Source: Phyllobates terribilis
Taxonomy: Eukaryota
DNA: 64,000 nt
Direction: 5' to 3'
Assembly: GCF_046119375.1 (NCBI RefSeq)
Contig: NW_027362761.1
Span: 534,378,001 to 534,442,000 of the forward strand
Shown: positions 11,980 to 24,080 of the stretch, piece by piece
How positions within the stretch are numbered: position 1 is the stretch's first letter
How the letters are laid out: each line of letters opens with the position of its first letter
Translations under genes and position numbers: made by a program
Notes under the pieces: model-generated
Told to the model about the DNA's origin: nothing
Database searches by the model: none
Seen by the model: the letters and a program-made list of their open reading frames with translations, nothing else

Positions 11980-12993
11980 CAGGTGCTTCTCACTAAATTA
12001 GAATATCCTCAAAAAGTTCATTTATTTCAGATCTTCAATACAAAAAGTGAAACTCATATTATATAGAGTCACTACAAACAGAGTGATCTATTTCAAGTGT
12101 TTATTTCTGTTAATGTTGATGATTATGGCTTACAGCCAATGAAAACACAAAAGTCACTATCTCAGTAAATTAGAATACTTTATAGCAGCTTGAAAAATGT
12201 TTTTAAATGTTTTGAGGTGTTATGGAAGCCCAGGTTGCTTTGATAGCAGCCTTCAGCTCGTCTGCATTGTTGGGTCTGGTGTCTCTCATCTTCCTCTTGA
12301 CAATACCCCTTAGATTCTCTATGGGGTTAAGGTCAGGCGAGTTTTCTGGCCAATCAAGCACAGTGATGCTGTTGTTTGCAGACCAGGTATTGGTACTTTT
12401 GGCAGTGTGGACAGGTGCCAAGTCCTGATGGAGAATGAAATTTCCATCTCCAAAAAGCTTGTCAGCAGAGGGAAGCATGAAGTGCTCTAAAATTTCCTGG
12501 TAGACGGCTGCGCTGACTTTGGTCTTAATAAAACACAGTGGACCTACACCAGCAGATGACATGGCTCCCCAAACCATCACTGATTGTGGAAACTTCACAC
12601 TAGACCTCAATCAGCTTGGATTGTGGCTTCTCCACTCTTCCTCCAGACTCTGGGACCTTGTGGAGTGTGTCAATGACTGCCTTCTGGACATCTGTCAACT
12701 CAGCAGTCTTCCCCATGATTGTGGAGCCTACTGAAACAGACTAAGGGGCCTTTTTAAAAGCTTAGGAAGACTTTGCAGGTGTTTTTTGTTAATTATTTTA
12801 ATTTACTGAGATAATGACTTTTGTGTATTCATTGGCTGTAAGCCATAATCATCAACATTAACAGCAATAAACACTTGAAATAGATCACTCTGCTTGTAAT
12901 GACTCTATATAATATATGAGTTTCACTTTTTGGATTGAAGAACTGAAATAAATTAACATTTTTATTATATTCTAATTTTGTGAGATGCACCTG
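11980..12993 (-). mobile_element. Internally deleted Tc1-like transposon
   Basis: TA|CAGGTGCTTCTCAC...GTGAGATGCACCTG|TA with long TIRs; transposase remnant VMVWGAMS...QDLAPVH...SPDLNPIEN (ORF 12203-12610). Confidence 0.92.
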
Positions 12994-13306
12994 TATATAC
13001 AGGCTATTAAACAACCACCAATCAGCAAACATGTAGCCGCAGGTCGTGCAGTGTAAAGACCTCATTAGACTGTGTAGAAAAGGTCATCAATGTCAGATCA
13101 GTGGGGGTCCTACTACTGGTACCCCCATTGGACAGCTGATTGATGAGGCTCCAGCATTTTCATTGTTGATTGGGCACATCGCCATATATTTTGTACTGAA
13201 TGCAGGTATCAGGTCATCAATATCAGATTGATGGGGGCCCATCTTAAAAATATGCCATCAATATCTAAGTCTTGGACAGTCCCTTTAAATGGGACTGGGA
13301 AGTAAT

Positions 13307-13557
13307 GAGAACGGGCCAGGAGGCTATATACTCAGAACAGGCCAGGAGCCTATATACTCAGAACGGGCCAGTAGCCTATTATTCTCAGAACGGGCCAGTA
13401 GCCTATATACTCAGAAGTAGCCTATATACTCAGAACGGCCCAGTAGCCTATATACTGAGAACGGCCCAGTAGCCTATATTCTCAGAACAGGCCAGTAGCC
13501 TATATTCTCAGAACGGGCCAGTAGCCTATTATTCTCAGAACGGGCCAGTAGCCTATA
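13307..13557. repeat. ~26-bp minisatellite, ~9 copies
   Basis: Unit AGAACGGGCCAGTAGCCTATATACTC. Confidence 0.9.
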
Positions 13558-13681
13558 CAGCTTTCACAGGTTCACAGCGATTCATTGCTACATAGACAGC
13601 AGATCTGCCATGCAGTAATGGTGGCCAGTGTTGACCTTTCTCAGTAACAGGGAAAACTTATATGGAATTTTATTAACCTAC

Positions 13682-13826
13682 CCAAGAACACCAGCAACTC
13701 CAGGACCAGATCCAGATTTATTCTGTTAGGGTTCATGTACAGGATGGCATGCTGTGTCCGGCCTGAATACTTTTGATAAGACGGGTTTACATCCATTACA
13801 GAACCTGATTCAACAGGGATAAACTC
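13682..13826 (-). CDS. DHX29: DHX29 coding exon 15
   Basis: EFIPVESG...HAILYMNPNRINLDLVLELLVFL; 145 nt. Confidence 0.94.
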
Positions 13827-14099
13827 CTACAAGGAAAAAATAATAATTTGCACTGTTAACCAGTGTGGCTTTTTTTGTAAATGTGTATCACTTTTATTAA
13901 GTCCCCGAGAATGATTTTAGACAGAAATGACAAAGCAGGATTCTTTGGCATTGTATGCAATATACAGTTAGCCACCAGAGGGAGCTGTTTTAAAATCAAT
14001 GGCCACCACAGGGAGCCATTCACTGATCCTGGTGACACTTTGTAACTTATTACGCTCCAGTTCCACCATGCAGCAATAATAGTCAGGGCTCCTCAGCAC

Positions 14100-14240
14100 C
14101 TGGTATTTTCTGCTGCCTCCTCCTTTGCCGGTGACATTAAGGGTTATTTCTTCTTCATCCTCTAAGAATTTCTGACAATACTCAGAGTCCTGTTCCAGGA
14201 TAAAACCAGTTTCTTCAACGACATCTTCCAAGTGAAAAAC
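14100..14240 (-). CDS. DHX29: DHX29 coding exon 14
   Basis: VFHLEDVVEETGF...GSRKYQ; 141 nt. Confidence 0.93.
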
Positions 14241-15473
14241 CTGCAGAAGCCAAAACGTTATATTTGTGATTATGAGGAAACTAGAAAGACTCATAAAGCA
14301 ATAAATCTGCCTTCATATAAGCAGGCTTATGGCTGATATATCCCAATGTGCGCTAATAACTCTCAATACTGCAGAATAAAGTGGCAAACAACAACTACAA
14401 TTGTATGTGGATTTTTGCACAAAAATCCGCGAGGATTCGTTTTTTGTTGTTTTTTTTTTTAAATCTTGGGAATGTTTTTTTTTTCCACATCATAATCTTT
14501 ATTAAAAACACTAAATTAGCAATCCTGCAGTTTTTTTCACACTCTCCACTGGGGCTTTTTAGAAACATAGTTTCTGTCCTTTTAGGAAGAGTTTTCAGCA
14601 GTCTCATTATCAGCAGAGGCAGGATTACAATGACAGGTAACACCTCTATACACAGCTGATAACACAGGATCCACCAATCACAATAGGTTACAGCTGCCCC
14701 CCCCCCCCCCTTTCCTTCACAATGACGTTTGCACCCGCTCATTAGATGCTGCAATTCAAAAGACGGGGTCAGAGTCTGTTCACTGCTGCTAATGTACATG
14801 TGAATTTCCTAAAACAACAAAAAGTTAAAGTTTATTTTATCATTTTATATAGATTGTGATATGGAGAAATAAAACATTGCCAAAAGTATTTAAAAAAATA
14901 CATTTAATAAACACAAAAAACTAAATTAAGAGCAAATTAGATTAAAACAGAAATACGACACGAACATTTTTATTTGCAGTGTGACACGCTGAGGATCAGC
15001 ATACTATGATACTTATGACCTATCCTTGATCATGGGGGTCTGGCACCCCCACAAGTCAGCTGGTATTAGCTCTGCACACATCTTACAGGGCAAAACAGCA
15101 CAGCGCCACTCACTGTGTAGTGGCCACTGCCACAAACTGCAGATCAGCTATATTTATTTTTCAGCCGGAGCGGATAACGGCTGGTGGCAAGAGTCGGATC
15201 CCACCAATCTGATATTGAAGACTTATTCTAAAGAGAGATCATTAATATTATTCCCCTTTAATAAGCCTTTTACTGCCACCTGCACATGTAATATGTCGTT
15301 CCTCCAAATGCTTCCTGCTTTAATATCAATTTTGTATCCAGTACCACAAAAAAGCAAAGAAAAAGGAATAATCTGAAACTGAGCCATCAAATGACACAAG
15401 ACTCAGAGTTGTAGGTGCAATCTCCGGGGAGCGGCAGTAATGATGTATATACGAGTATTCGATCAGCCCCCAT

Positions 15474-15647
15474 ATACGAGCATTAACCCTTCTGCACGTC
15501 TCCACAGGGTACGTCCTCCCCCCATACACTCCCCAAAGATGAGCATTAACCCTTCTGCACATGCCTCCACGGGGTACGTCCACCCCCCATATACTCCCCA
15601 AAGACGAGCGTTAACCCTTCTGCACATGCCTCCACGGGGTATGTCCT
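15474..15647. repeat. 65-bp tandem repeat spanning the exon 13 donor, ~2.7 copies
   Basis: TCCAC anchors at 15501, 15566 and 15631; the unit holds the last ~17 exon nt plus the intron start. Confidence 0.92.
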
Positions 15648-15806
15648 TCCTGAAATCCTTATGATGGGGCAGTGTGAGAAGTAGCTGGAGAACTTATCGC
15701 TGTCCACGGTGGCGCTCATGAGTACGAGGTGCAGGTCCGAGCGCTTGTGCAGGATCTCTCGGAGGATGATGAGCAGGAAGTCAGACTGCACCGTCCTTTC
15801 ATGTAC
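15630..15806 (-). CDS. DHX29: DHX29 coding exon 13 (GC donor)
   Basis: VHERTVQSDFLL...LMSATVD...GRTYPVE; 177 nt; donor GAG|GCATGT. Confidence 0.92.
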
Positions 15807-16773
15807 CTACGACAGACAAATCGTGGACAGTCATAGACACGTAACCATCAGACCGATCAGTCACTGGGCAGCCGTTACCTCTGTACTGCAACGTAAGCAG
15901 AATACAGGAGTAATATCATGTAATAAAAGTCTCTGATAAGTTTCAAGCATGAATTAGGAAAAAAAAATCCTCAAAAATGTAATATATTTTACTTGGTTGA
16001 TTTGGTTATTGATGGCCTATCCCTATAGAGTAACCATCAATTTATTTTTAATAATCTTTTTGCATAGATCAATAATACATGTGAAAATAGGGAACTTTGT
16101 AATAGATCTTATCACAGAAATCCACTTCTTTCTCCTCCTCTCTTCTTAATTCAAGGACAAAATCTGCTTTCAGTGAATACAGACGAAGATAGGAGACGAC
16201 AGATGGTGCTCATAAAGTTCTATGGAGGACAGCAACTATGTATTTGCCTCTAGCTCCTCCCTCCATTGAATTTTATAGGCACCAACTGTCCTCTCCTATC
16301 TCAGGAATGTGAAAAACTGTCTTGACTGGTCGCTACACATTTGAATGGAAATGAATTTTGCAGCTTCATTCTATGTTCACATATGGCCGCTGCCAGCCGC
16401 TACTCAATACTGTCCCAGCTCTATGATTTGTGGTCACAGCTCGAGGCATCAGCTGCTCAGTTGTGGCTGTGATGGGTTTCCGACCCCCCGCTGATATGAT
16501 ATTGATGACCGATCTTAAGGATGTGTCATAAATATCTTCAGACCAGACAACCTCTTTAAGTTCTCTTAGTGATAAGCGATGTAATAGATGCCAGGCAGGC
16601 GACAGGTACCAGACCGGGCCGAGTCTGCATGTCTATAGAAGAATAGTGGATGGACAATCCCTCGCAGACACCAGGACGTGACAGCAGAATTTTGGCTGCT
16701 GTTTTGCACATGATGGCGCTAAGAATAATATGATTCGACCTGTCACCAAGTAAAGGTGTGGGGGTGTACTCGC

Positions 16774-16917
16774 CTCGTCCACGATGACGTGTGTGATGCT
16801 CCTCAGCAGACTGTCCTCCTGTAGCTTCCGCAGTAAGATTCCTGTAGTACAGTACAGTAGTCTGGTGTGTTCCCCCGTTCGGGATTCCAGGCGAATCTGG
16901 TAACCACATAGGGAATT
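16774..16917 (-). CDS. DHX29: DHX29 coding exon 12 (GC donor)
   Basis: [12 protein letters not shown]...[11 protein letters not shown]...HVIVDE; 144 nt; donor GAG|GCGAGT. Confidence 0.93.
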
Positions 16918-16950
16918 CTAGAAAAATAATTATTTTAGTAAAAATTTTAA

Positions 16951-17723
16951 TCCCTTCACCATATTGCAATTTTCCATTTTTGTGCTTTTGTTTTTTGCTC
17001 CCCTTCTTTCCAGAGCGATAACTTTTTTTTATATTTTCATCAATACACCTATATGAGGACTTGTTTTTTGAGGGACAAGTTGTATTTTTGAGTGACACCA
17101 TTGATTCAACCACACAGTGTACTGGAAAACGGGAAGAAATTCCAAGTACTGTGAAATTGCAAAAAAAAAGTGCAATTCCACAATTGTTTTTTTTTTAACT
17201 TACTTTATATATTAATAGATCAAACATTTCTGAACACCGCAATACCAAATATGTGTATTTTTATATATTTTTTCAATTGTTTTATTTTGAATGGGACAAA
17301 TGGGGGGTGTTTTTTCTTTTTCACTTTTTAGTGGCATTAATAGTCCCTTTTTGAGACTTGAAGCTGCGATCATCTGATTTCCTGTGCTATTCATAGCAGT
17401 GCTTCAACATTGCTATGTGTAACAGTGTCAAACAGAAATCATGATATCCTATGAATGCCGGCGTTCATAGATTTGCCATGACAGGCACTGGGGTCTTCTG
17501 CAGACCCCCGGCTTTCAAGACAACCTATCGGCGCCCCGCGATCTCGTGACGCGCTTCAGCCCAGTGCGTTTTAAATGCCGCTGTCAGAGGTTGACTGTGG
17601 CATTTAACTTGTTAACAGATGAGCCGTCATGTGCAGGAAAAGATGCGGGCTCAGCACCAGAGCCTGCTTCAAAGGCAGGGACACGACCTTGGACGTACCT
17701 ATTCGTCCAAGGCCGTGAAGGGG
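16951..17723. mobile_element. TTAA-flanked non-autonomous element (CCCCTT...AAGGGG type)
   Basis: TTAA|TCCCTTCACC...GTGAAGGGG|TTAA; shares internal blocks with 49247-50400. Confidence 0.75.
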
Positions 17724-18513
17724 TTAAATAAAATGTCATTAACTTTGGCTGTGCAGATGAAAACTAATTATCCATAAAGGCAATAAGCAGCCAGACTAAA
17801 TCTTCCAGAAATCAAACTTCCCACTGTCAGATTGCAACACCCTATTAATTTTTAATGCAACCATAGTGGGTGGTACAGTGTAGCAAAAAAAAAAGATTGT
17901 GCATCCTAGCTTTATTCTGACCACAGGCATTTCTGATCATAACGCTGCCACGGAACTAAGGGATTCTCCCCTTTCAAGAGTGCCGTGGTCAGTTAAATGG
18001 TGAAGTTATTTTGACTTCAAGGAGATTCGTTGTATGTGAAAACCTACACATCTAAGAGTTTTAAGGAGGTTTGGAAAACCTCTGTCCCCTGGCTGCAATT
18101 TGTTTTGGAAAAAAACAAAACACTTTTCTCTACTCACCCTCCCCGGGTCCAATGCTGAGTCTAAGCTGCTGCTCCCACTGTCCATTATGGTATGCAGCGT
18201 GAACGTCACATCGGTCAATAACTGAGCTCCGAAGTTGACAGCTCGAGCTGTCCAAAGCCACAGAGATCAATGATTGGCTGCAGACACTGGACCGGGAGCA
18301 GACTCATCGCCGGACCTGGGGAGGGTGAGTACACAACACCTTGTTGGCTTTTTATAAAAAAAATAAATAAAACTGCACCCGGGGGGAGAAGGGTTTTCAA
18401 AAACTAGAAAACCCCTTTAAGGGTGATATGCTTCTGATGGTGATGAAATATGAATCCATACCTCTTCGATAGAAAGTGAAGAGGGTCTAAATCTAAGTCT
18501 GCTCTCCACTCAC

Positions 18514-19116
18514 CTTCCCGCCAGGTCCAGACTCGCACCCCAGCTCTTCACACACCCGGGTGGCCAGACTCATGGCGGATATCCTGCGAGGCTGAGTGCA
18601 GACGATATTACACTTCCCTGAGGCCCACTTGTTGAGGAGCAGGTCTTCCAGTAAGAAGTGGGGCACCTGGGTACTTTTACCACTGCCGGTCTCACCAGCT
18701 ACAACGATAACCCGGTGCCTGCTGAGCATTTCTAAAATATAGTCCCTGTGGGCAAAGACGGGCAGCTGCCGCCGGTCGCTCAGCAGCCGCTTATACCTCG
18801 CTGAATCACGGCACTTGGAGAAAAGGTTCCTCACAGGCTCTAAATTGTCTTTTTCAACCAGATTTAAAGTGTTCTGCGCCAGATCATTGGCTCCAGCCAA
18901 GTTTTCCCAGGAGTCTTCAGGGTCATCAGATACTTTGCTGATCTTCGCTGGTTTTAGCTGTTGCTGTCTCAACTTCAGCTTATTTAATAATTTGGCAATG
19001 AACATGTCCCGGGGCTTATTGACTTCAAGTTTGTCCTTCTCCTCCTTACATTTTTCGGCATCGCTCCATTCCAGCCAAACGTCCCTGTATGTCGGGGGCA
19101 GCAACTGATGGACAGA
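18514..19116 (-). CDS. DHX29: DHX29 coding exon 11 (Walker A, motif Ia)
   Basis: SVHQLLPPTYRDVW...GETGSGKSTQVP...TQPRRISA...GPGGK; 603 nt. Confidence 0.97.
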
Positions 19117-19438
19117 CTAAAAGGGGAAAAAATGTAATTTTTCCAAAATTAAAAAGAGGACATGGCCAAGTGATCATTCACTGAAATATGTCATAATTAA
19201 TAAGGTGTCACCATGACCGAATGTCTGTAAGGGAAATGCTTAAGTCATTTTATCATTGTGACATTTAAAAAAAAAAGAGCACATCTTAAAGAGAATCTTT
19301 CACCAAATTTTACATGTTGAACAGAACACATGATGTAATAGTGACAACAGAGTAAAAAAAAAAAAAAGTTAGTTTTTTTCCTAAAAAAAAAATCTGTTTC
19401 AGAGAAATCAGAAATCAAAGTATTTAACACCTAATGAG

Positions 19439-19731
19439 TAGTGTTGAGGGAGTATGTTCTATTTTGCCGAGTATGCTCGGGCCGAGCTCCGAGTATTTAT
19501 AGCTGCTCGGTGATATGGTTGAATTGCTCCCGTGTGCATGATTTACGACTGTTTGACAGTTTTATTACATGTGAGGAATGTCTATTTCTTACACATTCCT
19601 CACATGTAATAAAACTGTCAAACAGTTGCAAATCATGCACACGGGAGCAATTCAACCATATCACCGAGCAGCTATAAATACTCAGAGCTCGGCCCGAGCA
19701 TACTCGGACAGAACATACTCGCTAAACACTA
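19439..19731. mobile_element. hAT-type palindromic MITE
   Basis: TAGTGTTGAG...CTAAACACTA; 8-bp TSD CTAATGAG/CTAACGAG. Confidence 0.82.
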
Positions 19732-20537
19732 CTAACGAGTCAATTTTCATATCTGTCCAGCTTGGGGTTACCAGACAACTTTCTCTGGGGGCGTGTACTT
19801 GTTCCCCCTGTATGACTTTGACCAATCATGAACAGGCAGCAACACTCAGGAGAGACGAACACGCCCCCCACAATAGCTTAGAGCATGCTCCTCCTGTGAG
19901 AGATATAATGACACCCTGCACAGTTGTCACTGCAGAGGGACTACAAGTTGCAGACATTAGTGCGATTACTGACACCTTTGGGCTCTCATCTTCAGACACA
20001 GGAAGAGGGGACAGTGCCATGAGAGGCAGATTGCTGATGGAAGGGGTTTGTAACGTGACACAGCAAAACTCAGCTGTGCTGTCCCTGCTCCCACACTGAC
20101 AACCAGGACGTTATCTGAAAGGTGTTAGCCATCTGTGCTACTATCAGCACTTTCTAATCATGCAGGAGGTTAGACCAATAGACCAGGGCTGTCTGACATT
20201 ATACATCTCACACACTGAGAGATCTGTTCTAAGCTATGGTGTGGGCGTGTTCTTCTTCCTTTTGAGTGTTGCTGCTTGCTTATGATTGGTCTGCATCACA
20301 CAGAGGGGAAGAAGTACACGCTCCCAGTGAAAACTGTCTCACAACACCCACTTGGAATTAATGAAAATTAATTCATTAGGTTCCAAATACTTTGATTGCT
20401 AATATCACTGCAACAGAGAGGTGAAATTTAAATAATAATAAAAAAAACTATTTATTTCACCCTGCAGCCACTAATACATTCTGTGTCCAGTTCAACATGA
20501 AAAATTTGGTGAAAGGTCCTCCTCAAAGATGGAATTC

Positions 20538-20610
20538 TTAGTGTCAGACTCCTGGTGGCAGCAGTGTACACTCATGGTTTCCTGTGTCCCCCAATGAAGC
20601 GCCCGGGAAA
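20538..20610. mobile_element. Isolated DIRS terminal-repeat remnant
   Basis: CTCCTGGTGGCAGCAGTGTACACTCATGGTTTCCTGTGTCCCCCAATGAAGCG aligns by eye to the DIRS terminus at 3461-3521. Confidence 0.75.
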
Positions 20611-21319
20611 TAATGTTTAAAGAGTCATACCCCATCTTTAGAAGTCATCACCGATCCATAACATGCTGATTGGTTGGAGTTCGAACATTGGGATTCCCTC
20701 CAGCAATCGATCCTGAGAACGGGGCTCTGCAGAGCCAAGTCTGAATGGAGCGGGGGCCAGAAATTTGCTCCACCGCTCCATTCATCCTCTAAGGGGCTGC
20801 CTGGAAAAAGCTGAGCGCTGCACTCTGCAATCTCAGACAGTCTCATAGACAAATAACGGTGGTGCCTATGTCTGGCCACTGCATTTATTCAGATTGGGCT
20901 TTGCAGTGCTCCATTCTCAGGTGGAGGGTCCCAGAGGTCAGACCTCCACCCATCAGCATGTTGTGGGTAACTTATACTGATAACTTATACAGATGGCAGT
21001 AACACGTCATGACTTCCGATGCTTTAAAAAGTAGCAATTAACACTCAAGTAGAGTAGTGGCATAAAAGTGAAGTGTATGTAAAGATGCAGCAAAATTATC
21101 AAAAATTGTTCAAACTTTTGCAAAATTTGGTGCAAATAAAAGCAACGTAACCTCTCGCAAAACTGATATTAAAAATTCCTTTCATTTCCCCCCGTCTCCA
21201 TGACACGGAGGGGGAAGGATCGGGCCGTGGGTGGTAAGCATTATCGTTGGCATTTAGAGAAGTTGGTTGCATTTAAACGCCACCACGGAATACTCAAGCA
21301 ATGGAGGAACATCTCATAC

Positions 21320-21443
21320 CTGGCCTTTAGTGAGCTGATAAAGAGCTAACGTTGCAGCGAGGTGCTGAGCTTGCATGTTGTCCTCAGTGACAATTGTGGG
21401 GCACACAGATAGGCGTTCATCATTCGATTTTATAATTTTCACT
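21320..21443 (-). CDS. DHX29: DHX29 coding exon 10
   Basis: VKIIKSNDERLSVCPTIVTEDNMQAQHLAATLALYQLTKGQ; 124 nt. Confidence 0.95.
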
Positions 21444-21688
21444 CTAAAAGGACAAAGACAAAATTACAATTTTACATACTAATTCTTTCCCACAATCATG
21501 AATGGCAAATCTGCCAGCTACAAATCCCGTACCCGGCCCTAACGAGACACGAGCGACGTTCATGGGGGATAGTGAAGCTGACTGACAACTATCATTGACG
21601 CTCTCTTGGTGCCGAATGTGTTGTCACCCAGCAAGACCACTTGGACGAGATAAATATGATGAACACAGCACAATGCGATGACTCTTAC

Positions 21689-21854
21689 CTACTTTTCCAG
21701 TATCGGCCCACAGGAACCTTCTCAAATGAGGGGTTTGGACTTTTAGGATAATGTTTCCTACACCAATCAATCAAGAACTGCTTCGGAGATTTACCCGTCC
21801 AGCTGCGAGACGTGTAGTCAAAGTTACGGACGTCGAGAGGTGGTTTGGTTTTAG
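21689..21854 (-). CDS. DHX29: DHX29 coding exon 9
   Basis: DVRNFDYTSRSWTGKSPKQFLIDW...VPVGRYWK; 166 nt. Confidence 0.95.
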
Positions 21855-23038
21855 CTGAATTTAAAATAATTTCCAGGGGGAAAAAAATGGTGGATTAACG
21901 AGAAAGAGGAAAAAAATCCTAAGTAAACGTAATATTTGAGAATGGGCCAAATAAATAATTTAAAGGGAAACTGTTAGAAACTTTCAACTGCCCCCCCAAA
22001 CCATCTATATAACTGTGTAGCGCTTTAAAAGATAAGTCTTTCGATCCTTTTATGACCCCAAAGTGCTTCTCCAGTAGCGAGAAATTGAATTTTGAAGTTG
22101 TGTATGGAAGTGCATTGTGGAGTAAAGATGCACTTACAGCTTCTCAGTCTCAAGCAGAAACTTTCAACTCCCCACCCGAAACCATCTATATGACTGTGTA
22201 GCGCTTTAAAAGCCTTTTAATCCCTTTATGACCCCAAAGTGCTTCTCCAGCAGTGAGAAATAGCATTTTGAAGTTGTGTCTGGAAGTGCATTGCGGAGTA
22301 AAGATGCACAATACAGCTTCTCAGAGTCAAGCTGTGTTTTATACCCAACGGCACGCTCCGCCTGGTACATTGACAGGTCAGTGGCCGTGTATTAGTACAA
22401 AATCTCCATTAATCAGAAAGGGGAGGTTGATGCTAGACAGAGATTACAGCAAGGGGCTGAGGAGCTGTAAGTGAATCTTTGTGGCCCAATGCACCTCCAG
22501 ACCCAACTTCAAAATCAGATTTTTTGCTACTGGAGCAGTGCTTTAGGGTCATAAAGGGATCGACTGGCTAATGTTTTAAAGGGCTACACAACCGTATTGA
22601 TGTCTTGCAAGGGTCCTACTGCTGTTGGAATTCATGGCCGAATTGAGCAAAATGAATCATCAGTCTAGCTATCAAAACAGCAAAAATTATGATAAACCCC
22701 ATTATAAGTCAATGAGGTTCATCACATGTCACTGCGGTCACACAGATTGTGCCCTTTCTTACTTTTTGGCTCGACATGAGTGGCACGAGCTTAGAATGAA
22801 GCTTCTGTTATAAATGTAGGCTTTGATGAACTTTCTGATTGTGAGCCTGAGAAACAGTAACAACCCACAAAAACTGACCAATCAGATCACTTCATTTAGG
22901 TTGGAATCTGTTGGATGTTTTGGGCGGCGCTGACATTTTTAATGTGTAAATACCATTTTTTATTTCGTAGTTTTTTGTATTTTTTTTACATTGGGTGCAC
23001 TCAAATATGACAAGTGCACGTTTTCAGCTTACTGATAC

Positions 23039-23194
23039 CTTTCAACTCCTGGACCTCACTGGCCTTGTCAAATAGACTGAAGTCTAATGCCGCCTCATCC
23101 CGAGGAGCTGCTGGAGCCTTTTTACATTCATTCTTCTCCTCGGGAAGTTTCACTGCCGGGTTAAACATTGGGTGCTGCTCCAAAGCCTTCATTT
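23039..23194 (-). CDS. DHX29: DHX29 coding exon 8 (an alternative in-frame donor would end it at 23033)
   Basis: (E)MKALEQHPMFNPAVK...VQELK; 156 nt. Confidence 0.88.
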
Positions 23195-23953
23195 CTGTAC
23201 AAAAGAAAAGTTACAAGACAAAGCAAGTCAAGTGCAAAAGTGAAAGGCACACTGCTCCTATGCGGGTTTTAAGAGATAGGAGCCAACGGTGGGCTCTTAT
23301 GGCTTCCGTCGCGCAGGTCTGCGTATCGATTTTTAACTGTACAGGAAAGAACAGCAGACTGCTTACCTACCGAGAGGATCCAGCAAAAAAAAAAAAAAAA
23401 AACCCCTTGGGGCACTGCAGGTATGCTCTGTGTTTGTCATCAGTACCGGAAGAAATGTATCATCCGGGGATGAAATAAATACAAACTGGATTTATCGGAA
23501 TAACAAAAAGCAACGGGTTTCAGCACTGCACCAGTTTTTTCAAGGCATGAAGAAGGTGCCGGTTCAGTGACGAAAAAAGTAACCTTTTGTTATTCCAATA
23601 AATCCATATTTCCTGCTGTACCAATGACAAACATGGAGTATACCTGCAGTACCCAAAGGGGTGTCCTGCCACCATGGTCGACTCTCTACCTATCCTAGGG
23701 TCTATTTATACTATATTTTTTACACTATTTACACCATTTTTTGCATCCGGTTCCTCTGGTGGACAGATGCCAAAGCATCCATCCACACTGTGGTCACTGT
23801 TGGGTGTTTTACCATGCGACCGTATGTGCTCAAAAGTGGCCACAAACTCATTAGGCACTTGGCCCACTTGTTAAAGTTGTTTCACCAGAACCTGTAAAAA
23901 AAACCTGTATTTATTACAAAGTTTTTCTTCCAAGATGATGCCAGAGGTCATAC

Positions 23954-24080
23954 CTTGCTGACATTCCCGGATTCTGTTCTGTGCTTCCCTCTGGCCAGCC
24001 TGGTCTTTTGCTTGCTTTGTGGCAGCGGCTTGAGCCTTGGCGTCCAACAGCTTCGCTGTCAGCTCAAGGTAACGTTCATT
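23954..24080 (-). CDS. DHX29: DHX29 coding exon 7
   Basis: NERYLELTAKLLDAK...RIRECQQ; 127 nt. Confidence 0.93.

Noticed and set aside
16744-16773. GT alternatives to the intron 12 GC donor
   Set aside because: GCGA|GT shifts the frame, and TTG|GTGACA inserts 9 residues inside DEVH.
16556-17113. 185-aa minus-strand ORF
   Set aside because: An alternative frame across a repeat element and exon 12; no coherent protein.
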